The notes beneath the pieces were generated by a model. That model did not search any database, was not told the DNA's origin, and saw nothing but the letters and a program-made list of their open reading frames with translations. A stretch of 64,000 bases of DNA from an uncultured Candidatus Saccharibacteria bacterium (GTDB taxonomy: Bacteria > Patescibacteriota > Minisyncoccia > Phycocordibacterales > JACOZG01): NCBI GenBank assembly GCA_964361825.1, contig CAYICB010000003.1:2643-66642 (forward strand), read 5' to 3'. Positions 8,079 through 17,917 of the stretch are shown piece by piece. Position numbers and translations under genes: made by a program. The stretch's first letter is position 1, and every line of letters begins with the position of its first letter.

Positions 8079-10196
8079 ATGTCTCTCGAACAAAAATCTA
8101 AGCTAATCCAAACCGCCAAAACCCTCTCTCTCGCCCTCATCCTCACCCTCGGCGCCCACCTCGCCATGGCCAACTGGACCCCACCACCCAATGCTCCTAC
8201 AACTTGTGATAGCAATCCCAGTTCGCCAAATTATGAGCCGGGTTGTGCGCTACCGATTAATGTTTCGGATATCCCACAAACCAAGACGGGGTTTTTACAG
8301 GTTGGTAAATTGATTTCTAATACCAATTTAGAATTTTTTGGAGAAATAATTCCCCCCACTCCTGGAACTGGGGTTGGTGGTGCCTGTGTCGAGGGTCAAA
8401 CAATTAAAAAGAACGACGATACTGGTGAATGGGAATGTACATATCTTGCTCCAGGACTTTGGGTATTTGATGGGATAGGGAGCATTAGACCTGCTGCGAC
8501 GGTTTTTGATGAAGTTCGAGCGGTTAAATTGCGTTTTGAGGGGGAACTTTTACCAGGCGTTCCTGGTACCCCCGCTTGTAATCCTAACCAAACTATTTTT
8601 AAATACGCCCCTAATGATTGGAGGTGCACCTCATTTGCTCCCGGCTATTGGATACTTGATGGAGGTGGACCGGGGCTTACCACAGATAGCGCAAGAGATG
8701 TTAAGATGCTAAAGAATATTCTTTTGCCGAATACTGATCCGGCCGGTACGGGGGGGGTGATAAAGTTCGGCGGACAGGATTTTATTCATAATAGGGGTTC
8801 AGACCAAAGTTTACTGATCAACACTTTTATTGGTGCTGGTGCTGGTGTTGGCACCGGAGATGGTGGTTTAGGAAATGTTGGTGTGGGGACGGAGGCTTTA
8901 ACGGCCGATAATATGACTGGTTTACGTAATATTGCGATTGGTTACGCGTCTCTAAGTAGTTTGACTGGGGGGAATAATAATATTGCCATAGGTTATTCGG
9001 CCGGTGGTAATCTTGGAGCCGGAGGAATTACTGCTAGCCACAACAACATCGCGATTGGTAAAGAGTCTTTGTATCTTGGTGATGGTGGTGATGAAAATGT
9101 TTTAGTCGGCAATGATACCATGAGGGAAAACACAAATACAACATCTGATTACAATGTTGGGATAGGGCAGGCAGCGCTTAGGGTTAATGTTGCGCCCGGG
9201 TTGGTGGCGGTTGGGAAAAATGCGCTAACCTCAAATACTTCAGGCGTGGCGAATGTTGCGGTTGGTTACGGTGCTTTGGCGGCCAATATTACCTCTGCAA
9301 GTAGTACTGCGGTTGGTTATCAGGCTCTAGCTAACAGTACGGCGGGTTTAAATACTGCTATTGGTAGTCAAGCTCTCCGTTCTAATACTGCGGGTACTAG
9401 TAATACTGCTATTGGTTGGCGCGCCCTGTATGAATTAGATGGTGAAGCTTTGGATGATAAAAATACTGTTATTGGGGCCGAGGCGAGCGATTATTTTGAG
9501 GGTGATAGCAACACAATCATCGGTTTTAATGCCGTCTCTAACCCACTTTCACGTCAAGCCAGAGGTAATGGTAATGTGGTGGTGGGAGCGGTGGCTGCGC
9601 AACAATTAGGAGACAATGCTTCCGCTGGCTCTACTGCTACTAGTTACGGTAACAATAATACTATTGTGGGTCACAATGCCGGCCCCACCCTTGTTTCTGG
9701 GGATAGTAACACATTGCTTGGTAATGGCGCCGATGTTACTGCGAGTGGTGTAATAGATGCGGTTGCTCTTGGACAAGGCTCACTTGCCAACAGTACTTCG
9801 ACGGCGGTTGGTCGCAATTCTAACGCTGCTGGTTTTAATTCCGTTGTGATTGGGGCAAATGCTTTTGCCACAGGAAACAACTCTGTGGTTATTGGCACGA
9901 ACGCGGCCTCCGGTGGAAGTGATGTGTTCATTCTTGGATCATCTGCTACCAAGGTCGGCATCAGAAACACTCTTCCTATTAGTCCTTTTCAGCTCGGTTC
10001 GCCTAGTAGTGCGGGTACACCCACCTACGGTCAAATGGATGTTGAGGGTGTTGTTGGAAATTTGAGCGACTGCAATGACATGACAGAAGCCGGGCGTTTT
10101 TATCTTAGTACTAGCACCATACCAAATCGTATGTATGTTTGTGCTATGGTCACGGCTTCTACATACAATTGGAGATATTTGACTCTTTCTCCGTAA
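8079..10196 (+). CDS. Large secreted adhesin/tail-fibre-like protein with YadA-head-like beta-roll repeats
   Basis: Signal peptide, WTPPP...PINVS module and many N(T/V)A(I/V)G..AL..N repeats. Confidence 0.8.
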   Translation: MSLEQKSKLIQTAKTLSLALILTLGAHLAMANWTPPPNAPTTCDSNPSSPNYEPGCALPINVSDIPQTKTGFLQVGKLISNTNLEFFGEIIPPTPGTGVGGACVEGQTIKKNDDTGEWECTYLAPGLWVFDGIGSIRPAATVFDEVRAVKLRFEGELLPGVPGTPACNPNQTIFKYAPNDWRCTSFAPGYWILDGGGPGLTTDSARDVKMLKNILLPNTDPAGTGGVIKFGGQDFIHNRGSDQSLLINTFIGAGAGVGTGDGGLGNVGVGTEALTADNMTGLRNIAIGYASLSSLTGGNNNIAIGYSAGGNLGAGGITASHNNIAIGKESLYLGDGGDENVLVGNDTMRENTNTTSDYNVGIGQAALRVNVAPGLVAVGKNALTSNTSGVANVAVGYGALAANITSASSTAVGYQALANSTAGLNTAIGSQALRSNTAGTSNTAIGWRALYELDGEALDDKNTVIGAEASDYFEGDSNTIIGFNAVSNPLSRQARGNGNVVVGAVAAQQLGDNASAGSTATSYGNNNTIVGHNAGPTLVSGDSNTLLGNGADVTASGVIDAVALGQGSLANSTSTAVGRNSNAAGFNSVVIGANAFATGNNSVVIGTNAASGGSDVFILGSSATKVGIRNTLPISPFQLGSPSSAGTPTYGQMDVEGVVGNLSDCNDMTEAGRFYLSTSTIPNRMYVCAMVTASTYNWRYLTLSP

Positions 10197-10231
10197 AGGC
10201 TTGCGGCAAGGTTTAAAGCCCAAGGCCTACT

Positions 10232-10313
10232 GCAAGGACTCTCCTCCCAGCCACAAAGTCCAGCAAAGGCTTGGGTTTCTCTTTGTCCACAGATGTCAAG
10301 GAAAGTCCTTGCC
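10232..10313. repeat. REP-like palindromes upstream of the RAYT
   Basis: gcaaggactctcctcc (10232-10247, inverted and degenerate) and gtcaaggaaagtccttgcc (10295-10313); a third copy lies inside the CDS at 10501-10519. Confidence 0.6.
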
Positions 10314-10334
10314 AAAGTTTGCTAGAATTGAGTG

Positions 10335-11015
10335 ATGCAAAGAAAGGTGGCTTTTGCTCCAGACGAGTTTTATCACCTATATAATCGCGGGAATGACAAA
10401 AGGACGATTTTTCTTGATCAAAATGATCAACTGAGATTTACTCTACTCCTTTGTGTGTCCAACAAGAAACAGACCGTTCACTTGAGTGATCTCTCCAATT
10501 GGCAAGGAGAGTCCTTGACAGCAATTTGGGGCAAAGATTTTGGTGAAAGTTTGGTTGATATTGGCGCTTATTGCTTAATGCCAAACCATTTTCATCTTTT
10601 GGTGCGAGAAAAAACAGATAACGGTATTTCGTTGTTTACTAAAAAACTGCTTACGGGGTATTCGATGTATTTTAACAAGAAACATCAACGAACGGGTAAA
10701 TTATTTGAAGGACCTTTTCGTGCCGAGCGTGTTGCTGAAGATCGACACCTCAAATATTTGTTTGCTTATATTCATCTAAATCCCGTAAAAATTACTGATC
10801 CTAAAAATTGGGAGAGAAAACTTATTCCTGATCCAGAACAGGCAAGGAAATTTTTGAATACCTACCGCTTTTCAAGCCATTTGTATTATGCGGGTCAACC
10901 AAGACCAGAAGATGTAATTCTTAATCCGGTGGCTTTCTCAGAATATTTTCAAAATAAAAAAGAGTTTGGCGAGTTTATCAACGATTGGCTAACATTTGAA
11001 GCCACAGAAAATTGA
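10335..11015 (+). mobile_element. REP-associated tyrosine transposase (RAYT; IS200/IS605-like Y1 HUH family)
   Basis: FYHLYNRG, YCLMPNHFHLL (HUH), LFEGPF and YIHLNP motifs. Confidence 0.9.
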
Positions 11016-11036
11016 TCATCGTGCTATAATTTCCCC

Positions 11037-12788
11037 ATGTGGTTAGACTCGGGGAAAGTCAAACAATTTCTCGTTGACTCTGATTTGGTTAGTGCCAAAG
11101 ATTTTACTGAAGCGGAGGCGGAGGCGAGTCAGGACAATAAATCATTGGAGGAGGTTTTGCTCAATTCCGGCAAAGTCTCGGAAGAAGATTTCCGTCGAAT
11201 GAAGGCTTATTTGCTCGGCATTCCGTATATTAGTTTGTCTAAGCTCAAGGTTGACAAAGAAATTTTGTTTTTGGTGCCCGAGCCAATTGCTCGCAAGCAT
11301 AATATTGTGGCTTTCGCGAGAAGTGATAAGGGTCTAGAGGTGGCGATGCTTGATCCGGAGGATCTCCAAGCGATTGAGTTTATTAAAAAAGGGGTGGGGC
11401 TCAAGATTTTGCCTCGGCTAACCGATACCGAGTCAATAAAAACCATTCTCTTGCAGTATCAGAAGAGTTTGAAGGCCGAGTTTGGCGATATTATTAAAAC
11501 CGAGGCAGGTAAAATTGGGTTAGTGCCCGAAGAAGCGGGCAAAGAGGTGGGTGAGGGTGAGCTTAAGAAATTAGCCGAAGATTTGCCGGTGGTGCGAATT
11601 GTCGACACCTTGCTCTCGCATGCGATCACCCAAAAGGCCTCTGATATCCATATTGAGCCCTTCGAAACCGAGGTGGTGGTGCGTTATCGGATTGATGGCG
11701 TTTTGCACGATGCAATGATTTTACCCAAGAATGCTGGTTCGGGCATTACGGCGCGGATCAAAATTTTGGCCAATTTGCGCTTGGACGAGAAGCGTTTGCC
11801 CCAAGATGGCCGGTTTAAGATTGAAGCGGCGGGGAATAAGGTGTCTTTTCGCGTTTCGATTTTGCCGACCTATTTTGGGGAGAAAATTGTGATGCGTTTA
11901 CTCCCTGATTCTTCGCGCGGACTTACCCTAGAGCAAGCGGGCTTCCACGGTTTAGGTTTGGAGCGAGTGCATGAGGCAATGCGGGGCACGGTGGGGATGA
12001 TTTTGGTCACTGGCCCTACCGGTTCGGGTAAAAGCACCACACTCTACACTATGATGGATATTCTTAATACGCCGGATGTAAATATTTCGACCATTGAGGA
12101 TCCAATTGAGTATCAGATGCCGCGGATCAATCAAACGCAGGTAAAACCAGATATTGGCCTCACTTTTGCTGCCGGCTTGCGCTCGCTGGTGCGCCAAGAC
12201 CCCGATATTATTATGGTCGGTGAGATTCGTGATAAAGAAACGGTGACGCTGGCCATCAATGCCGCGCTCACTGGCCACTTGGTACTCTCTACCCTCCACA
12301 CCAATTCGGCCGCCGGCACGATTCCGCGTTTGCTAGATATGGGAGCCGAAAGCTTCCTCATTATTTCTACGGCTAAGTTGATTGTGGGTCAGCGCTTGGT
12401 GCGTAAATTATGGCCGAGCAAAGAGGCTTACACCCTTTCGGAAGCTGAGCTTAAGAGTTTGGCGGCTAAGGTGGATCTTGATCGGATGCTTGAGCTTTTG
12501 CGGGCGGAAAGGGTGGTGAAGGAGAAGGCGAATTGGAAAGATATTCCTTTTTACCGCGCGAAGTCGGTGCCCGATTGCCTAGAGGGTTTCCAAGGTCGAG
12601 TGGGAATCCATGAGGTGCTGATGATGTCGTCCTCACTTAAAGAGTTGGTGATTGCCGGAGCTACCGCCGAGAAAATTGAGGCTCAAGCCAAAAAGGAAGG
12701 GATGATTACCATGCTCGAAGACGGCGTGTTTAAGGCGGTGAGTGGCGTGACCACCCTAGAGGAGGTGCTCCGCGTGGTTTCGGAGTAA
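11037..12788 (+). CDS. pilB: Type IV pilus/T2SS assembly ATPase (PilB/GspE)
   Basis: ASDIHIEP, Walker A GPTGSGKSTT, RQDPDIIMVGEIRD and STLHTN. Confidence 0.95.
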   Translation: MWLDSGKVKQFLVDSDLVSAKDFTEAEAEASQDNKSLEEVLLNSGKVSEEDFRRMKAYLLGIPYISLSKLKVDKEILFLVPEPIARKHNIVAFARSDKGLEVAMLDPEDLQAIEFIKKGVGLKILPRLTDTESIKTILLQYQKSLKAEFGDIIKTEAGKIGLVPEEAGKEVGEGELKKLAEDLPVVRIVDTLLSHAITQKASDIHIEPFETEVVVRYRIDGVLHDAMILPKNAGSGITARIKILANLRLDEKRLPQDGRFKIEAAGNKVSFRVSILPTYFGEKIVMRLLPDSSRGLTLEQAGFHGLGLERVHEAMRGTVGMILVTGPTGSGKSTTLYTMMDILNTPDVNISTIEDPIEYQMPRINQTQVKPDIGLTFAAGLRSLVRQDPDIIMVGEIRDKETVTLAINAALTGHLVLSTLHTNSAAGTIPRLLDMGAESFLIISTAKLIVGQRLVRKLWPSKEAYTLSEAELKSLAAKVDLDRMLELLRAERVVKEKANWKDIPFYRAKSVPDCLEGFQGRVGIHEVLMMSSSLKELVIAGATAEKIEAQAKKEGMITMLEDGVFKAVSGVTTLEEVLRVVSE

Positions 12789-12797
12789 AATTAAATT

Positions 12798-14003
12798 ATG
12801 CGCTTTCGTTATCGAGGCAAAACAGCAAACGGTGAGGAGACTGAAGGCTTGCGCGATGCCAAAGACAAGTTTGAATTATCGCGCGAGATGCGGAATCAGG
12901 GCATTACTTTAGTTTCGGCCGAGCTCGTGGTAGAGGAGAAGGGGTGGTTCAACCTCAATTTTTCTGGTCGGGTAAAAATGAAGGATAAGATTGTGTTTGC
13001 TTCTTCACTCGCCTCCATGATTTCGGCGGGGCTCTCGCTCGCGCGAGCGCTCAATGTAATTGAGCGGCAAACTAAAGCTAAGGGTTTTAAAGAAATTATC
13101 AAAACGCTGGAAGAAAAGATCAAAAATGGCGAGAGCTTTAGCGCGGCGCTGGCCACTTTTCCTAAAGTTTTTCCGCCGGTATTTGTGGCCATGACCTCGG
13201 CGGGTGAAGAATCGGGTAAATTGCCGGCGGCGCTCCAAACGGTGGGGGAGCAAATGGCCAAGAGTTATGAATTGCGGCGCAAGGTAAAAGGCGCAATGAT
13301 TTATCCAGCAATTATTATTGTGGTGATTATTATTATCGCCATTTTGATGATGATCTTTCTGGTGCCCAATATCACCTCGCTCTTTAAGGAGATGAATGTG
13401 GAATTACCACTCTCCACGCGCGTGGTGATTTTTACCAGCGACCTTATTAGCGGCCACCCGATTTTATTTTTTGCTGGTTTGCTGGCGCTGGTTTCGGGGT
13501 TTGTGTCGCTGACACGAAGTAATTTTGGCCATCAGCTAATCTCGCGGGCGGTGTTGCGCCTACCCCTGTTTAAAGTGATTGCAAAACAAATGAATTCGGC
13601 GATGACCATGCGCACCTTATCTTCTTTGCTCTCGGCGGGCGTGGGAATGGTTGAAGCCATCAATATTACTGGGAAAGTGGTGCAGAATCCGGTATATCAA
13701 AAAGCGTTGACGGAAGCGGCGGCGGCTATTTCTAAGGGCGAAGTGTTGTCGAACATTTTTAAGGCCAAAGAAGATATTTATCCGGTGTTGGTGGGAGAAA
13801 TGGCCGAGGTGGGCGAGGAAACCGGTAATTTAACCGGCATGTTGGAAAAAGGCGCCACGCTTTATGAGGAGGAGGTTAATCAAGCTACTAAAAATCTCTC
13901 CACCATTATTGAGCCCGTGCTCATGATTATTATTGGGATTGCGGTGGGCTTTTTTGCTGTTTCGATGATGGGGCCAATTTACTCTTTGAGTAATCAAATC
14001 TAA
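12798..14003 (+). CDS. pilC: Type IV pilus platform protein (PilC/GspF)
   Basis: Two T2SSF domains (AGEESGKL and GEETGNL) plus TM helices. Confidence 0.94.
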   Translation: MRFRYRGKTANGEETEGLRDAKDKFELSREMRNQGITLVSAELVVEEKGWFNLNFSGRVKMKDKIVFASSLASMISAGLSLARALNVIERQTKAKGFKEIIKTLEEKIKNGESFSAALATFPKVFPPVFVAMTSAGEESGKLPAALQTVGEQMAKSYELRRKVKGAMIYPAIIIVVIIIIAILMMIFLVPNITSLFKEMNVELPLSTRVVIFTSDLISGHPILFFAGLLALVSGFVSLTRSNFGHQLISRAVLRLPLFKVIAKQMNSAMTMRTLSSLLSAGVGMVEAINITGKVVQNPVYQKALTEAAAAISKGEVLSNIFKAKEDIYPVLVGEMAEVGEETGNLTGMLEKGATLYEEEVNQATKNLSTIIEPVLMIIIGIAVGFFAVSMMGPIYSLSNQI

Positions 14004-15824
14004 ATGAAAGCAAAAGGCAAAAGGCAAAAGGCAAAAGTGGCGGGGGGGTTCACCCTGGTCGAAACTTTGGTGGGCGTCTTTTTATTTTCGATGTTGGCGC
14101 TCGCGATTTATCAGGGGTATTTGGCGGTGTTGGCGCTCTCGCGCTCGGCGCAATATAAGAGTTTGGCTACTTTGGTGGCTAATGACCAAATTGAATGGAT
14201 TAGAAATGTCGAGTATGAGGATGTGGGTATTTTAAACGGTTTGCCGGCGGGAGTAATTCCGCGCGAGGCTACCAAAACGGTTAGCAATATCACCTTTGAT
14301 CTCACTACCACGATTCGCAATATCGATGACCCCTTCGATGGGACGATTGGTGGTAGTCCCAACGATCTTTCTCCGGCTGATAATAAATTGGTTGAAGTGG
14401 AGGTGGGGTGTAGCACTTGCCCCAATTTTTCTCCGGTGATTATTACGACCACGGTGGCGCCAAAAAATCTGGAGACTACCTCGGGGAACGGGGCGCTTTT
14501 TGTGCAAGTGTTGGATGCCAGTGGCTTGCCAATCACCGAGGCGGAAGTAACGGTAGAAAATGCTTCGGCGATACCGCCCCTTACTATTCAAGATGAAACC
14601 AATAATTCGGGCATGTTGCAATTGGTGGATGTGCCACCCGGCGACTTGGTTTATGAAGTTACCGCCACCAAAGACGGTTATTCCGTAGCGCAAACTTATG
14701 CCATTGATCCCGCCACCAACCCTAACCCGATTCCGCCCCATGCCACGGTGGTGGCGGGTCAAGTAACGCAACTTAGTTTGGCGATTGATCGAGTGAGCGA
14801 GTTTGAGATTGGCACCAAAACCAGTACTTGCAGTGCGGTGCCAAGCGTGACCTTCAACCTTCGGGGTAATAAATTAATTGGCACTTTGCCCGATATTTTT
14901 AAGTTTAGTCAAAATTACACCAGCGATAGTGGCGGGAAGAAAACGGTGGGTGATTTGGAGTGGGATACTTATAATTTTACTTTAACTGGTGGCACTTATG
15001 ATTTAGCGGGGACGATCCCGCTTTTGCCTATCGCTCTCACCCCCGACACTACTCAAGAGGTGTCTCTGGTTTTGCGCGCCAAGGACCCCAAGGCCTTGAT
15101 GGTGACGGTAAAGGATGCGGTGACGGGTTTGCCACTATCAGATGCTTCGGTGCATCTCACCGGCAGCGGGGTTGATGAAACCGAGGTAACCAATCGCGGT
15201 TTTTTCCGTCAGACTGATTGGTCCGGGGGCGAAGGGCAGGATGTTTTTACCGTCAATAATCGTTTTTTTGCCACGGATGGCAATATTGATTTTGACACCC
15301 AGGTGGGAGACCTTAAGTTAAAAAATATTTTGGGTACTTATGTGGTGGATGGCTATTTAGAATCTTCAGCCTTCGATACTGGCGGCAATCAAGCGACTTA
15401 TTACAATTTAAGTTGGAGCCCGGGCACTCAACCGGTAGAAACTGGCGCCGACAGCATTAAGTTTCAGGTGGCCGCCTCTAGTTCACCCGCTGGACCTTGG
15501 GATTATACTGGACCAGATGGCACGGCGAGCACCTTCTATACCGCGAGCGACACCAATATCTCCAATGTGGTTTATAATCAACGCTATCTGCGTTATAAGG
15601 TTTTTTTGAGTACCACTGACCCCCTGTTTACCCCAACGATTTCTGATGTCGCGATTACTTATGGCACGGAGTGTTTACCTTATGGCCAAGTCCTGTTTAA
15701 TAATTTAACGGCCAATAGTTACAATTTAGATATTACGAAAACCGGCTATCAAGCTTATAGTGATAATGCCGTGAGCACCGCCGCCGAGTGGCAAAATTGG
15801 GAAGCCTCGTTACAACCAAATTAA
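14004..15824 (+). CDS. Large prepilin-type protein with carboxypeptidase-regulatory-like beta domains
   Basis: Class III signal GG-FTLVE; D..G.P...A.V motifs; within the pilus operon. Confidence 0.85.
   Translation: MKAKGKRQKAKVAGGFTLVETLVGVFLFSMLALAIYQGYLAVLALSRSAQYKSLATLVANDQIEWIRNVEYEDVGILNGLPAGVIPREATKTVSNITFDLTTTIRNIDDPFDGTIGGSPNDLSPADNKLVEVEVGCSTCPNFSPVIITTTVAPKNLETTSGNGALFVQVLDASGLPITEAEVTVENASAIPPLTIQDETNNSGMLQLVDVPPGDLVYEVTATKDGYSVAQTYAIDPATNPNPIPPHATVVAGQVTQLSLAIDRVSEFEIGTKTSTCSAVPSVTFNLRGNKLIGTLPDIFKFSQNYTSDSGGKKTVGDLEWDTYNFTLTGGTYDLAGTIPLLPIALTPDTTQEVSLVLRAKDPKALMVTVKDAVTGLPLSDASVHLTGSGVDETEVTNRGFFRQTDWSGGEGQDVFTVNNRFFATDGNIDFDTQVGDLKLKNILGTYVVDGYLESSAFDTGGNQATYYNLSWSPGTQPVETGADSIKFQVAASSSPAGPWDYTGPDGTASTFYTASDTNISNVVYNQRYLRYKVFLSTTDPLFTPTISDVAITYGTECLPYGQVLFNNLTANSYNLDITKTGYQAYSDNAVSTAAEWQNWEASLQPN
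14010..14037 (+). repeat. (GCAAAAG)x4 heptamer tract in the prepilin leader
   Basis: Four exact tandem copies, starting 3 nt after the ATG codon. Confidence 0.9.
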
Positions 15825-15825
15825 T

Positions 15826-16416
15826 ATGCATCAAAAAACCCAAGGTTTTGGCTTGCTTGAGTTGCTCGTTAGTTTGAGTATTTTTGTGGGTATTTTGTGG
15901 TTGCTGGGCAATTTTCAGGTCAATGTTTTTTCGCAAAATAATTTTATCGGCAGTGGTTTAAACGCCGAATTCGAGACCCGCACTTCGCTCAAAAAGTTGA
16001 TTGCCGAATTGCGCGCCGCCGTCATCTCCGACACCGGCACTTACCCCATTGCTTTGGCCACGGGGTCAGCGCTCACTTTCTATAGTGATCGGGATGGTGA
16101 TGGCTTAGTGGAGCAAATCCGTTTTTATGTTTCGGGAAATAAAATTTATAAAGGCGTCATTAAACCCACCGGAGCGCCTTTGAGTTACGTGGCGGGAAAT
16201 GAGAAAATTACTACGGAAGTAAATTTTATTACCAATCCCACGACCGTGTTCACTTATTTTGATGCGAATACGGCGCAATTAAATGAGCCGATCAATTTAC
16301 CCGAGGTGCGCTTGATTAAAATTACTTATACTGTGGACGAGAACGCTAGCCGCCCACCCGCTCCGCTAACGCTAAGCGCTCAAGTGAGTGTGCGGAGTCT
16401 TAAATTTCAACAATGA
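15826..16416 (+). CDS. Minor pilin (PilW-like)
   Basis: Prepilin signal QG-FGLLE followed by a hydrophobic helix. Confidence 0.85.
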   Translation: MHQKTQGFGLLELLVSLSIFVGILWLLGNFQVNVFSQNNFIGSGLNAEFETRTSLKKLIAELRAAVISDTGTYPIALATGSALTFYSDRDGDGLVEQIRFYVSGNKIYKGVIKPTGAPLSYVAGNEKITTEVNFITNPTTVFTYFDANTAQLNEPINLPEVRLIKITYTVDENASRPPAPLTLSAQVSVRSLKFQQ

Positions 16417-17882
16417 AGAATTTACGCGGCTATATTGTAATTCAGGCTTTAGTCTTTGGTGGCATTGGCGTGTTGCTAATTGGCGCCTTGGCTGGTTGGG
16501 CGAAGGTGAGTATTGTGGGTGCGCGCCAATTAACCGACCGCGAGCGCGCCTTCCAGATTGCCGAAGCGGGGATTGAGTATTATCGCTGGCACTTAGCTCA
16601 TGCCGCCACCGATTATCAAGATGGCACTGGTGGTTCGGGGCCATACCTGCATGATTATGAAGATAAGAATGGCGAGGTGGTGGGTAGTTTTACGCTCACC
16701 ATTACCCCGCCGCCCATTGGTTCTACGGTGGTGACGGTTTTATCGGAGGGGCGAGTCTTGAGTAATCCCGCCGCGGTGCGCAAGATTGAGGCTAAACTCG
16801 CGATTCCCTCCATTGCTAAGTATGCTTTTGTGGCCAATTCGGTAATGCGTTTTGGTTCGGGAACAGAAGTTTTTGGACCCATTCATTCTAATGATGGCAT
16901 TCGTTTTGATGGCTTGGTGCATAATTTAGTCACAAGTGCCAAGAGTGATTATGATGATCCGGATCATACTGGCAACAATGAGTTTGCGGTGCACACGCAT
17001 GTGACCGCGCCGCCCGGCTCGGGAGTTAATGACAGCTTTCGTTCTCAAGAGGCCCCACCCACCAGTCCGGTGCCCACGCGCAATGATGTGTTTTTGGCGG
17101 GTCGGCAGTTCCCGGTGCCGGCGGTGGATTTTGTGGGTTTTACCAATGATATGGCGACGATGAAGACTGATGCTCAAACCGGCGGCTTTTATCGGGGCGC
17201 TTCCGGCGGCAATGGTTATCGAGTGGTTTTGCGTACTGATGACACCTTCGATCTCTATCGAGTCAATAGTTTGCGCAATCCCCCGAGCGGCTGCAGTGCT
17301 TCTAGTCAAACGGGTTGGGGTACTTGGAGTATTGGCACTAGTGGCAGTTCGCAAACCAATTTGGGCCGGCAAAGTTTGCCGGCCAACGGCCTAATTTTTC
17401 TCGAGGATCATGTGTGGGTGGAGGGTCAGATTGATAGCGCGCGAGTAACCATTGCCTCGGCGCGTTTCCCCGAGAATCCTTCTACTTATACTAGTATCAC
17501 GGTTAATGAGGATCTCAAGTATACCAATTATGATGGCCAAGATGTGTTGGCGCTAATCGCCCAAAACAATATCAATATCGGTTTGTTTAGTGATAATAAT
17601 TTACAAATTGACGCCGCCTTAGTGGCCAAAAATGGCCGAGTGGGCAGGTATTATTATGAAAGTGATTGTCGTTTGAGTGGGACCAATTGGTATATTAGAA
17701 GCACGATTACTTTGTTTGGGATGATTGGCACCAATTTGCGTTACGGTTTTGCTTATACTGATGGCACTGGTTATCAAACGCGCAATATCAATTACGATGC
17801 CAACCTTCTCTACGGCCCACCGCCCTCCTTCCCTCTGACCTCCGATCAATACTCCACCATCTCCTGGCGCGAAGTGCCTTAG
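16413..17882 (+). CDS. PilX-like minor pilin / pilus-associated protein
   Basis: RG-YIV prepilin-like N-terminus, AFQIAEAGIE (PilX N motif) and C-terminal SWREV. Confidence 0.8.
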   Translation: MKNLRGYIVIQALVFGGIGVLLIGALAGWAKVSIVGARQLTDRERAFQIAEAGIEYYRWHLAHAATDYQDGTGGSGPYLHDYEDKNGEVVGSFTLTITPPPIGSTVVTVLSEGRVLSNPAAVRKIEAKLAIPSIAKYAFVANSVMRFGSGTEVFGPIHSNDGIRFDGLVHNLVTSAKSDYDDPDHTGNNEFAVHTHVTAPPGSGVNDSFRSQEAPPTSPVPTRNDVFLAGRQFPVPAVDFVGFTNDMATMKTDAQTGGFYRGASGGNGYRVVLRTDDTFDLYRVNSLRNPPSGCSASSQTGWGTWSIGTSGSSQTNLGRQSLPANGLIFLEDHVWVEGQIDSARVTIASARFPENPSTYTSITVNEDLKYTNYDGQDVLALIAQNNINIGLFSDNNLQIDAALVAKNGRVGRYYYESDCRLSGTNWYIRSTITLFGMIGTNLRYGFAYTDGTGYQTRNINYDANLLYGPPPSFPLTSDQYSTISWREVP

Positions 17883-17917
17883 CTTAAACTTTGTTTCCGG
17901 TATGCTATACTCTCGGC

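Noticed and set aside
6693-10196. Diversity-generating retroelement acting on the fibre genes
   Set aside because: No reverse transcriptase and no TR/VR pair differing at adenines seen in the window
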